Shown piece after piece: positions 47,906-56,405 of a DNA stretch of 64,000 bases. The DNA is from an uncultured Actinomycetota bacterium. GTDB taxonomy: Bacteria > Actinomycetota > Actinomycetes > Streptosporangiales > Streptosporangiaceae. The DNA is taken from contig CAVRCV010000012.1 in the NCBI GenBank assembly GCA_963719705.1, positions 4,581-68,580 of the forward strand, read 5' to 3'. Within the stretch, counting starts at the first letter, position 1. Each line of letters begins with the position of its first letter. The notes beneath the pieces are model-generated. The model made no database searches. It was not told the origin of the DNA and worked only from the letters and a program-made list of their open reading frames with translations. A program made the translations under genes and the position numbers.

Positions 47906-48229
47906 CTAACCTCGCATGCCGAATCATGAGCCGGCCAGGCTGCGGCCGGCAAAACCCGCTCTGAACCTTGCAGAAAAAATCTCCCTAGCCAATGATCAAG
48001 CTCAGGTACCGGTTCTCATAATCTTCCGGACCCGCCTGGGGTATTATTCGCCCGAGTAATCTGGCAGTGACATTGCGGCAGGGATTCGCCGGGCCGGGCC
48101 GGTCAGGGCGGAGCAAACCGGCCGCACGGTCACGGACAGCCCGGCTGCCCGGAGACCGGCAGGCTGGGCACGCGGCACGGCGCCGGTCAGATTTTCGTCT
48201 ATTCGGACGAGGGATCATCATCCAAACGG

Positions 48230-48994
48230 ATGAGGACGAAGCAGGCTCTGACCCACCAAAGTGGGCAGGTGGAGGTTCTGCGCGTGCTCATCGTCGATGA
48301 CCACCAGATGGTCACCGAGGCGTTAGCCTCGCGGCTGTCCGCAGCGCCAGATCTCTGGATTGCCGGGTGCTGCACGGCCGGCGATCCCAAGCTGGCCGAA
48401 ACCGTGCGCTGGCTGCGGCCGGACGTGGTCACGATCGAGGTCGAATCGCTCGGTCCGGACATCGGCAAGGTCATGCGGGAGATCAAGGCGGCCGGGCCCG
48501 CTACCCACGTAGTCGTCGTCAGCGCAGGCCACGACATCGGTCACGCGGTGGCCGCAGCCAGGGCGGGTGCGGACGCCTGGGTGTCCGCCGACCAGGGCGC
48601 GGACGAGCTGGAGCAGGTCATCAGGGGAGTGTGCCATGGCCACTCCTGGTTTCCCTCGGAGATGCTCGGCCAGATACTGAACGAGCTGCGCGATGATGTC
48701 AGCCGGGCCGCAGAGCGAACCGATCCGCTCGATGTGCTGAGCCCGCGGGAACGAGATGTCCTGACCTGCATGGCCGATGGAAAGCGCGGACGGCAGATCG
48801 CCGACGAGCTGTCCATCTCGACCGACACGGTCCGTACGCATGCCAACAGCATCTTCGCCAAGCTGAACGTGCACAGCCGTCTTGAGGCGGTCAGCGTGGC
48901 CAGGGAGGCCGGCCTTGGCTCACGGCCGAGCGTGAGGACGAACGGTAACCGGCTGACGAGCGCCGCTGACTGGTCACCGGCCCGGCGCCGCTGA
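48230..48994 (+). CDS. LuxR/NarL-family response regulator with atypical receiver (phospho-acceptor Asp replaced by Glu)
   Basis: VLIVDDHQMV acidic pocket is present, but PDVVTIEVES replaces the ..D.. phospho-acceptor and the conserved Lys position reads AWVSA. C-terminal LSPRERDVLTCMADGKRGRQIADELSISTDTVRTHANSIFAKL HTH. In-frame TTA at 48323-48325. Confidence 0.75.
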   Translation: MRTKQALTHQSGQVEVLRVLIVDDHQMVTEALASRLSAAPDLWIAGCCTAGDPKLAETVRWLRPDVVTIEVESLGPDIGKVMREIKAAGPATHVVVVSAGHDIGHAVAAARAGADAWVSADQGADELEQVIRGVCHGHSWFPSEMLGQILNELRDDVSRAAERTDPLDVLSPRERDVLTCMADGKRGRQIADELSISTDTVRTHANSIFAKLNVHSRLEAVSVAREAGLGSRPSVRTNGNRLTSAADWSPARRR

Positions 48995-50208
48995 TGATCA
49001 CAGATGAAGCTGCCGTCGCGCCAGCGGTTTCCGGCCGGCCAGCCGGGCGGCGGGTTCGCGTCGCGTCGGTCATTACCCGGCTGGAGGGCGGGGCCGGCGT
49101 GCTGGCCTTTCGCGGGGCCAAGGCCGTGGACCCGGCGGACTTTGAGCTGACGATCGTTACCGGCAGCGGCAGCGGCAGCCGGCTGCTCGATGCGGCTGCG
49201 GCGGCCGGGCTGGAAGTCGTGGTAGAGCCCTCGCTCCGGGCGCCGATCACGCCGTTCAGCGACCTGAAGGCCTTTCAGCGGCTGGCCGCTGTTTTCCGGG
49301 AGCGGGGCTTCGACGTCGTGCACACGCACTGCGCGAAGGCTGGTGCCATCGGCCGCCTGGCCGCGCGGCGCGCGGACGTGCCGTGGATCGTGCACACCTT
49401 CCACGGATTCCCGTTCCATGAGTTCCAGTCGCCAGCCCGGCGGCAGGCCTACGTGTCCATCGAGCGGCGGCTTGGCCGGTTCACCGACCTCTCCCTGTGC
49501 GTGGGCGCCGGGGTGGCAGCAGAGACGGCACGGCGGGAACTGGCAGCGCCGGACCGGATACGCACGATCGGCGTGGTCGTCGACCCGCCAGCCCCGGCCC
49601 GGCCGGGCGGCCCTGGCCAGGCGCGCAGCCGGGCCCGGCTGGAGCTTGACCTTCCTGCCGATGCCATGGTCGTCGGCGTCGTCGGCCGGCTGACCTACCA
49701 GAAGGCGCCTGAGGACTTCCTGGCCGCGCTGCGGGAACTAGGCCGGCCGGAAGTGATCGGCATCTGGATCGGCGGCGGCGAGCTGGCCGGCCGCATCGGC
49801 CGCCTCGCCAGGGCAATGCCCGGAGTGCGGGTGGTACTGACCGGCGAGCGCACGGACGTACTCGACCTGCTGCCCGCTTTCGATGTCTTTGCCCTGCCCA
49901 GCCGCTACGAAGGACTGCCTACGGCGGTGGTGGAGGCGATGCTCTGCGGCGTGCCGGTCGTGGCGACCGCGGTCAACGCGGTGTCCGACCTGGTGGTGCC
50001 GGGAGAGACCGGCCTGCTGGTACCGCCGCGACGGCCGGACCTGCTGGCCGCGGCGTTGCGCTACCTGCTCGACTCGCCGGCCGCCGCCGCCCGGATGGCT
50101 ACTGCCGCCCGGGCCCGTCTCGGTGACAAGTACGGTGAGCAGGCGCTGCGCGAAGCGCTGACGGCCGCGTACGCGCCAGCGGCGCCGGCCAAAATGAACA
50201 TTAGCTAA
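48994..50208 (+). CDS. Glycosyltransferase family 4 (GT-B)
   Basis: VASVITRLEGGAGV, DVVHTHCAKAG, C-terminal FALPSRYEGLPTAVVEAMLCGVPVVAT. The start overlaps the upstream stop. Confidence 0.75.
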   Translation: MITDEAAVAPAVSGRPAGRRVRVASVITRLEGGAGVLAFRGAKAVDPADFELTIVTGSGSGSRLLDAAAAAGLEVVVEPSLRAPITPFSDLKAFQRLAAVFRERGFDVVHTHCAKAGAIGRLAARRADVPWIVHTFHGFPFHEFQSPARRQAYVSIERRLGRFTDLSLCVGAGVAAETARRELAAPDRIRTIGVVVDPPAPARPGGPGQARSRARLELDLPADAMVVGVVGRLTYQKAPEDFLAALRELGRPEVIGIWIGGGELAGRIGRLARAMPGVRVVLTGERTDVLDLLPAFDVFALPSRYEGLPTAVVEAMLCGVPVVATAVNAVSDLVVPGETGLLVPPRRPDLLAAALRYLLDSPAAAARMATAARARLGDKYGEQALREALTAAYAPAAPAKMNIS

Positions 50209-50435
50209 CAACTAATGGCGATACCGGAATTCTGGCCTGACTTCTGTCAACTTGCTACCGTTATCGTGCGTCGTACCTGATGTGACCCCCGGTATCCAGG
50301 GGTGGAGGTTCCGGTGTGGTCACGCCTGAAAACGTACTATTACAGTTGCCTGGATTCGAGGGAACTGGCCTAAATGCCCGAATCGTAACCGGGTGAGCGG
50401 GCCCGGGCTCTCGGAGCCGGGGGGGAGCAGGGGCC

Positions 50436-51205
50436 ATGGAATCTGAGTATGCCTGCCGTCACCGAACGAGCCCGCGTTCAGCGGGCGAGGCAGCAGCGCC
50501 GGACCATCCGGGAAGCAGCGTGCCAGGCGGTCCGGCAGCGGCCAGCCTGGTACTTGGTGACAAGCACGTGGTGTTCCTCGATGCGCTGTCCGCAGTCCTC
50601 GTCCAGCACGGATATTCGGTCGGCGCGGTGGCCCGGAGCGCGGCCGAGATGGTCGCCTACGTGCGCCAGCAGCAGCCCGACGTGTGCCTGATCAACCGGA
50701 ATCTCGCGGCCGATGACGGCACCGGTGCCATCCGCCAGGTGATCGACAGCAGCTCAGGTACCAGGGTGTTCGTGCTCGGCTCCAGCACCGACACCGAGTC
50801 CGTGATGAGAGCGCTGGATGCCGGGGCCGTGGGCTACCTGCACAAGTCACGGGGGATCCTGACGCTTGTCTCGGCGATCGAGCGCGTGCTGCTCGGCGAG
50901 ATCGTGGTCGACGTCCCGCAGGTGACGCCCGCGCGCCGGCCGGGCGGGCCATCGACGCGCACCAGCTCGCGGCGCACCTGACCGGCCGGGAGCGGGAATG
51001 CCTGGAGATGCTGGTGGAAGGGCTGGATACGGCGGCGATGATCGCGCGGCTCGGGGTGTCGCGCCCTACCGTCCGGACCCATGTCCAGGCGGTACTGAAC
51101 AAGCTGGGGGTTCACTCGCGCCTGGAGGCAGCGTCCTTAGCGGTGCGGACCGGGGTACTTGACGCCTGGCGCGATGACAGCCTCGGCAGCCGCCGGGCGG
51201 TCTGA
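50436..51205 (+). pseudogene. LuxR-family regulator with pseudo-receiver domain, one frame break
   Basis: LVLGDKHVVF (DD pocket degenerate), PDVCLINRNL (Asp replaced by Asn), GYLHK retained. After VPQVTP (~50940) the adjacent frame continues RAIDAHQLAAHLTGRERECLEMLVEGLDTAAMIARLGVSRPTVRTHVQAVLNKL. In-frame TTA at 51137-51139. Confidence 0.65.
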
Positions 51206-51217
51206 CGGCCCGCCCGG

Positions 51218-52501
51218 CTACAGCCAGGCTCTCAGGTCGGCGATCGCGACCAGCGGCAGGCTCCAGCGCAGCGCGGCGACCTCGAAGTCGGCCGCGCTGG
51301 CCATGGTGCCGTCGCGGTTCATCAGCTCGCAGCAGACGCCGACCGGCGGCAGGCCGGCCGCCAGGCAGAGCGCGACCGTTGCCTCGGTGTGCCCGGCCCG
51401 CTCGGCGAGCAGTCCCGGCCTGGCCCGCAGCGGGTGCACGTGACCCGGCCGCAGGAAGTCGGACGGGACCGCCGACGGGTTCGCCAGGCGCCGGACCACC
51501 GCCGCGCGCTCGGCCGCCGACACCCCGGTGCCGGTGCCCGCGGCCAGGTCGACCGGGACTGCGAAGGCGGTGCCGTGCCGGTCGCCGGGGCCCGGCACCG
51601 GGCCGATCTCCAGCCGGTCCAGCACCTCGGGAGCGCACGGGACGGTCGGGTGCCCGCACACCTCGGTGAGCAGGAACCGGAACGCGGCGGGCCGCAGGCT
51701 CGCGCCGCCGAAGATCACATCGCCCTCGTTCTCGGCGTCCGGGTCCCAGACCGCTACCGCGCCGCCGGCCGCGATCGCGGCCACGGCCTGGTCCACGGCG
51801 GCCCGGCCGGACCGGTTCCCGGCTGCGCCCGACCCGGCTGACGCCCCCGTGGCCAGCGCGGCGGTGGCCGGCGCGGCCGTGGCCAGCGCGGCGGCGACCA
51901 GCGGGAGGTCGTCGCGAGCGGCCTGGCCGCGCCGGGCCACCAGCCGGTCCACCAGGTCGAGCTCCAGGTTGACCCGGTCTCCGGCTGCCAGCCGGTCCAG
52001 GGTAGTGGCCCGGCGGGTCACCGGCAGCACGACGACCGAGAACCGGTCCCGCAGCCGGTCGGCCACCGTGACGCTCACCCCGTCGAGCGCGATCGGCGCC
52101 TTGGCCACCAGCCGCGGCATGAGCCGCTCCGGCGGCCGGATCCAGATCCGCAGGCACTCGCCTTCCGGCTCGACCCTGGCCACCTTGCCGACGGCCTCGA
52201 CATAGCCCTGGACCAGGTGGCCGTTGAGCGCGTCGCCGAGCATGAGCGGCAGTTCCAGGTTCACCGGGTGACCGGCGGTCAGCGTGCCGAGGGTGGAGCG
52301 GCGCCTGGTTTCGGGGGTCAGCGCGGCTGCGAACTCCGCCTCGCCGAGCTCGGCGACGGTCAGCCGGACGCCGCTGACGCAGACCGAGCCGCCATGGGTG
52401 AGCCCGGCCAGGCTCCGGGCCGCCTGTACCTGCACGTGCGCGTCGCCAGCGCGGGTGACGACGCCAATCTCAGTGATGTGACCAGTGAACACAGCTGCCA
52501 C
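51218..52501 (-). CDS. Fusion of riboflavin synthase (two lumazine-binding repeats) and 3,4-dihydroxy-2-butanone-4-phosphate synthase; no GTP cyclohydrolase II domain
   Basis: N-terminal half: (M)FTGHITEIG...GGSVCVSGVRLTV...NGHLVQGYVEAVG...IALDGVSVTV. Ala-rich linker. C-terminal half: ENEGDVIF, HGTAFAVPVD, GTGVSAAERA, FLRPGHVHPL, GHTEATVALCLAAGLPPVGVCCEL. The likely true start is the second GTG (52492), giving MFTGH. Confidence 0.75.
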   Translation of the reverse strand: MAAVFTGHITEIGVVTRAGDAHVQVQAARSLAGLTHGGSVCVSGVRLTVAELGEAEFAAALTPETRRRSTLGTLTAGHPVNLELPLMLGDALNGHLVQGYVEAVGKVARVEPEGECLRIWIRPPERLMPRLVAKAPIALDGVSVTVADRLRDRFSVVVLPVTRRATTLDRLAAGDRVNLELDLVDRLVARRGQAARDDLPLVAAALATAAPATAALATGASAGSGAAGNRSGRAAVDQAVAAIAAGGAVAVWDPDAENEGDVIFGGASLRPAAFRFLLTEVCGHPTVPCAPEVLDRLEIGPVPGPGDRHGTAFAVPVDLAAGTGTGVSAAERAAVVRRLANPSAVPSDFLRPGHVHPLRARPGLLAERAGHTEATVALCLAAGLPPVGVCCELMNRDGTMASAADFEVAALRWSLPLVAIADLRAWL

Positions 52502-52503
52502 GA

Positions 52504-52640
52504 CCCCTCTGCTGGTTGCGAGGGCGGGGTCTCACCGCGTGGCCCCGGAATCGCACCGGGTCGCTCCGCCGGTCGGGCGGATGCTGGCCGGCTATCCGGC
52601 CGCACCGTGGAATTGCACCACCGGCAGCGTAGCAGCCGGG
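52504..52640 (-). promoter_or_regulatory. Candidate FMN (RFN) riboswitch
   Basis: Minus strand has, in the right order, GUGG-UGCAAUU-CCAC (P2-like), UAGCCGGCCAGC (compare AGCCCGCGAGC), UCCGCC-CGACC-GGCGGA, CCCGG-UGCGAUU-CCGGG (P5-like), and GCC-ACGCGGU. CUGCU...AGCAG closing helix has a 3' side that runs into the GAGGGG SD of the rib gene. The 3' GUCCGGAUGG box is not clearly seen. Confidence 0.45.
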
Positions 52641-52688
52641 ACAGGCCTGCCTACTGGGCAGTACGGCGATGCCCCGGCTGCCGCTCTG

Positions 52689-53561
52689 CTAGGTCCCGCG
52701 CTCCCAGGTGACCGTGAAGCTGGTGCAGCCCGGGTTCAGCGGCCCGGTCATCAGGGTGTCCTGCCCGGACTCGTCGACCCCGTTGATCTGGTCGTACGGG
52801 AACGTGCAGATATTCCCGGAGGTGGACCCGGACTTGACGGTCGCGCCGTACAGGGTCCAGGTGGTGAACCTGGCGATCGGGTAGACCCCGGCGGAGCCGC
52901 TCGGCGCCTCGGCGATCCACTCCGCACTGGAGTTGGCGCAGCTGGAGCAGGTCTGAGTGGTGGTGAAGCTGTTGGCCGAGTGCGTGGAGTCGGTGATCTT
53001 GAGGGTGTAAGAGCTACCGCTCACGGTCACCGACGAGCTGATCACGTCGCCCGGCTGCACCGTGTCGCCGACTACCTGGATGTCATTGGCGGGATACATC
53101 TCCCACCAGCTGTAGTGGTAGGCGGTGCCCTGGTAGCACTCCGCCATGGTGCCGTCCTGCTCGACGCTGGCGCTGGCGAAGCCGTCAATGCCGGTCCAGA
53201 AGGCGATGAGCGAGGTCTGCGACGTGCAGGTGACCGTGGGCTCCTTCCATTTGCCGGACACCTCGCTGTAGGTCCGCTCGATATCGGCGTACCCCGCCCA
53301 GTTCGAGCTCTCCACGGTGGTGTTGCTGCCGACCCGGTGCTCGCGGACCTGCCGGGGCCCGAAAGCGCCCGGATGGGAACCGATCAGACGATCAAGGAAC
53401 GCCCGGGCCGCCCGCGCGGCAGTCACGGACCCGTGCTGGCTGACACCGTGCTGGCCGGAGGAGCTGGCGCTGGCCGGGACCGTGGCCGCGAGCAGCGCGA
53501 GCGCGGGGACGGCGGCCGCGGCCAGAATGCAGAACAGTAACCGGGGGAATCGATGAGGCAT
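52689..53561 (-). CDS. Secreted peptidase family G1 (eqolisin / peptidase A4)
   Basis: Signal peptide (LLFCILAAAAVPALALLAA), SSNWAGY, FWTGIDG, SVEQDG, YSWWEMYP, SAEWIAEAP (catalytic Gln/Glu context). In-frame TTA at codon 8 (53538-53540). Confidence 0.75.
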   Translation of the reverse strand: MPHRFPRLLFCILAAAAVPALALLAATVPASASSSGQHGVSQHGSVTAARAARAFLDRLIGSHPGAFGPRQVREHRVGSNTTVESSNWAGYADIERTYSEVSGKWKEPTVTCTSQTSLIAFWTGIDGFASASVEQDGTMAECYQGTAYHYSWWEMYPANDIQVVGDTVQPGDVISSSVTVSGSSYTLKITDSTHSANSFTTTQTCSSCANSSAEWIAEAPSGSAGVYPIARFTTWTLYGATVKSGSTSGNICTFPYDQINGVDESGQDTLMTGPLNPGCTSFTVTWERGT

Positions 53562-53706
53562 TGCGTGGCCCTTCGTCAGCGGGGAGACGGGAGTTACCTA
53601 CCCGGACGGCAGCGGGCGGACGCTTTCCCGGCCGCCATTTCCCGGTTAACGTCGAAGCGGCCGCGAAACGGCGCGGCCGCCCCCGCTTCACGACCGAGGA
53701 GCTGCT

Positions 53707-54372
53707 ATGTGCCGTCGTCGCCACATGCGAACTCTCCTGTGCACCGGCCTGATCGCCGCGGCCGCCTGCCTGCTGACCGGAGCCGTGCCAGCGGCCGCCG
53801 CCACCGCCATTACCAGCGCGAACTGGGCCGGGTACGCGGCCCATTCGGCGACTTACACCTCGGTAACCGCCACCTGGGTGCAGCCGAAGATGACCTGCGG
53901 CACGTCGGGGTATGCGCAGGCGTTCTGGACCGGCCTCGATGGCTATTCCAGCGCCAGCATCGAGCAGGCCGGCACCGGGGCCGGCTGCTCCGGCAGTTCG
54001 CCGGAGTACTACGCGTGGTACGACCTGTACCCGGCCGACCCGGTCTACCTCAGCAAGACCGTCAATGCCGGTGACTCTGTCACCTCGACCGTCTCCGCGA
54101 CCACCAAGGACGTCTTCACCATCACGATCTATGACGCGACCCAGGGCTGGACCTACACCACGCACCAGACTGACACGGCCGCCGCCAGGTCCTCTGCCGA
54201 GGTGATCGCGGAGATAACGAACCCGCCCAGCACCGGTAAGCACACGGTGACCTTCTCCAGTGCGGAGGTGAACGGCGGGACGCTCGGCGCGTCCGACCCG
54301 ACCCTGATCACCTCGCCGGGCGTGACCTGCGGCGCGATCACTGACGGCACCGAGTTCACCTGCACCTGGTAA
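53707..54372 (+). CDS. Secreted peptidase family G1 (eqolisin / peptidase A4), short form
   Basis: Signal peptide (LLCTGLIAAAACLLTGAVPAAA), SANWAGY, FWTGLDG, SIEQAG, YAWYDLYP, SAEVIAEI. Divergent from the first G1 gene. Confidence 0.75.
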   Translation: MCRRRHMRTLLCTGLIAAAACLLTGAVPAAAATAITSANWAGYAAHSATYTSVTATWVQPKMTCGTSGYAQAFWTGLDGYSSASIEQAGTGAGCSGSSPEYYAWYDLYPADPVYLSKTVNAGDSVTSTVSATTKDVFTITIYDATQGWTYTTHQTDTAAARSSAEVIAEITNPPSTGKHTVTFSSAEVNGGTLGASDPTLITSPGVTCGAITDGTEFTCTW

Positions 54373-54445
54373 CGGCCAGGCCCAGCCGCGGGCGTCGAGA
54401 TGAAGTAGCGCGCCGCCATGCTCGAGGACCTGCTGCTCCGTCCTT

Positions 54446-55129
54446 GTGTCGCGGCACTCAGGCATGGCAGAGGGGTTCAGTACGATGCGGCTCATGACCG
54501 GGAAACGGGCCGACACGCTGCTAGCGCTGATGTACCTAATCGAGCACTTCACCCTTGCCCGCGCCTGGGAAAACCTGACCGACGATGAGTTCTTCTGGGA
54601 GCCGTTCACGACGACCTGGAGCATTCGCCGGCCGGACCAGTGCCCGACACCGAACCCGTTCGGAGCCGGCGAATGGGTGGCCGACTTCGAGATCCCTGAG
54701 CCAGCCCCGGTCCCGATGACCACCATCGCCTGGCTGTACTGGCACATCGGATCCATGCCGGGCCGTCTGTGCGACGTCGACCTCTTGGGCGGGACCCACA
54801 CCATGGCCAGCGGCTGGACCTCCCCGTACCTGACCCACCACCCGATCTTCACCAGCGCTGCCGAGGCCGTCACCGCGCTGCGTGACGGCTGGCAGAGACT
54901 CCGCGAGGCGATCGAGCGGGCCGATGACGACCAGCTCGAAGCGACGACCGCCGGGTACACGTATGCCGCGGAGCCGCCAAGGGGCGGCGTGTGCATGGCC
55001 GGCCCGCCGGGTGCCGCGCACCCGGCCGCGCACTTCATCGCGGGCACGCTCACCGAGGTAAGTCATCATGGTACTCAAATCGGCGCTCTGCGCGATCTTT
55101 ACGCGTGGCGACAGATCGGCCGCCGCTGA
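54446..55129 (+). CDS. DinB-superfamily protein
   Basis: Four-helix pattern with LIEHF..., WLYWHIG and C-terminal TLTEVSHHGTQIGALRDLY (His-rich DinB motif). Start uncertain (54446/54485/54494). Confidence 0.6.
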   Translation: MSRHSGMAEGFSTMRLMTGKRADTLLALMYLIEHFTLARAWENLTDDEFFWEPFTTTWSIRRPDQCPTPNPFGAGEWVADFEIPEPAPVPMTTIAWLYWHIGSMPGRLCDVDLLGGTHTMASGWTSPYLTHHPIFTSAAEAVTALRDGWQRLREAIERADDDQLEATTAGYTYAAEPPRGGVCMAGPPGAAHPAAHFIAGTLTEVSHHGTQIGALRDLYAWRQIGRR

Positions 55130-55130
55130 C

Positions 55131-55943
55131 GTGGCTAGCCGGGCGGAGCGGGCGCTTTCCTTCGGGGCGGTCGCCGGTGACTACGACCGGCTGCGGCCGG
55201 GGCCGCCCGCGGCGGCGGTGAACTGGCTGCTGCCCGGCCGGGCCGGCGTCGTGGTCGACCTGGCCGCCGGTACCGGGCTGCTGTCGCGTGCGCTGACGGC
55301 CAGGGCGGGCCGGGTCATCGCGGTGGAGCCGGACCAGCGGATGGCGGCGGTGCTGCGTGCCCGCTCGCCGCTGGTCACCGTGCTCGAGGGGCGCGGCGAG
55401 GCGATCGGACTGCCGGACGCCAGCGCCGACGGCGTGTTCATCTCGTCGGCCTGGCACTGGCTGGATCCGGCCCGGGCGCTGCCCGAGATCGCCAGGGTGC
55501 TGCGGGACGGCGGCCGGTTCGGCGCGATCTGGACCGGCCGGGACCGGCGGGTCGGCTGGGTGCGTGAGGCCGACCTGGCTGTCCGGCGGGCCGTGCTGAG
55601 CAGCCGCGAGGACGGCCCGGACAGGTCCGACAGCCGGGACGCCGGGCCTGAAAGCCGCAGCGAGCGGCTGTTCGGGCCGCGCCAGCGCGAGATCGAGCTG
55701 CCGCAAGACGCCCCGTTCGGGCCGCCCGCCACCGCGTCGTTCGAGTTCAGCCGGACCATGACGATCGACGACATGGTTGGCATGCTGGCCACCTACAGCG
55801 GGGTCATCACCGCCAGCCCGCGGGACCGGGCGGCCGGGCTCGACCGGGCCAGGGCGGTGCTGGCCGGGCAGTTCGGCACCGCCGGTACGGCCGAGGTGCC
55901 GATGCGCTCCTGGTGCTGGCGCGCCGACCGCCTGCCCAGGTGA
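55131..55943 (+). CDS. Class I SAM-dependent methyltransferase
   Basis: VVDLAAGTGLLSRAL (motif I), VIAVEPD, DGVFISSAWHW. GTG 55131 lies 2 nt after the DinB stop. The ORF track gives the alternative ATG 55068. Confidence 0.7.
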   Translation: MASRAERALSFGAVAGDYDRLRPGPPAAAVNWLLPGRAGVVVDLAAGTGLLSRALTARAGRVIAVEPDQRMAAVLRARSPLVTVLEGRGEAIGLPDASADGVFISSAWHWLDPARALPEIARVLRDGGRFGAIWTGRDRRVGWVREADLAVRRAVLSSREDGPDRSDSRDAGPESRSERLFGPRQREIELPQDAPFGPPATASFEFSRTMTIDDMVGMLATYSGVITASPRDRAAGLDRARAVLAGQFGTAGTAEVPMRSWCWRADRLPR

Positions 55944-55946
55944 CGC

Positions 55947-56381
55947 GTGCCGGGAGTACAGTGCCCGACTGTGGCGGGTACCGACCGGGTTAAGCGGAAG
56001 ATCAGCAAGCGAGCCACGGACTTCATCGCCACCGCACCGGTGCCGCAGGAGCCGGTACTGGCCGGCGCGCAGGTCACCAGCGGGGTGAGCAGGAAGTGGA
56101 CCTGGCTGTCCCCCGGTGTCCGGATGTTCGGCCGGACGTACTACCTGACCCTGACCGAGCAGCACCTGCTGTTCTGCTGGATCTCGGCCTGGACCGGCAG
56201 GCCGAGGGCAGTAACCATGACCGTGCCCAGGGATCAGGTCCAGGTGGAGGATTTCAGCCTGCGCGGCCAGATGGGCTGGATCCGGTGCCGCGTGCCCGAC
56301 CGCCAGGCGCCGATGACACTGCGGTTCTTCCACTTCTGGCGGCCCGAGGTGGAAACCATGCTGGCCGCACTCAGCCGTTGA
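55947..56381 (+). CDS. Hypothetical protein (possible bacterial PH-like fold)
   Basis: 144-aa ORF with coding-like composition (RTYYLTLTEQHLLFCWIS...). No family recognised. Confidence 0.4.
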   Translation: MPGVQCPTVAGTDRVKRKISKRATDFIATAPVPQEPVLAGAQVTSGVSRKWTWLSPGVRMFGRTYYLTLTEQHLLFCWISAWTGRPRAVTMTVPRDQVQVEDFSLRGQMGWIRCRVPDRQAPMTLRFFHFWRPEVETMLAALSR

Positions 56382-56405
56382 CGTACTGACGGAACGTCAC
56401 TTACG

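Noticed and set aside
50209-50435. 227-bp AT-enriched spacer upstream of the second LuxR gene as a possible sRNA or tRNA locus.
   Set aside because: No tRNA cloverleaf features (no GTTCGAATC-type T-arm), no terminator and no conserved motif are recognisable. It is probably just the promoter and leader.
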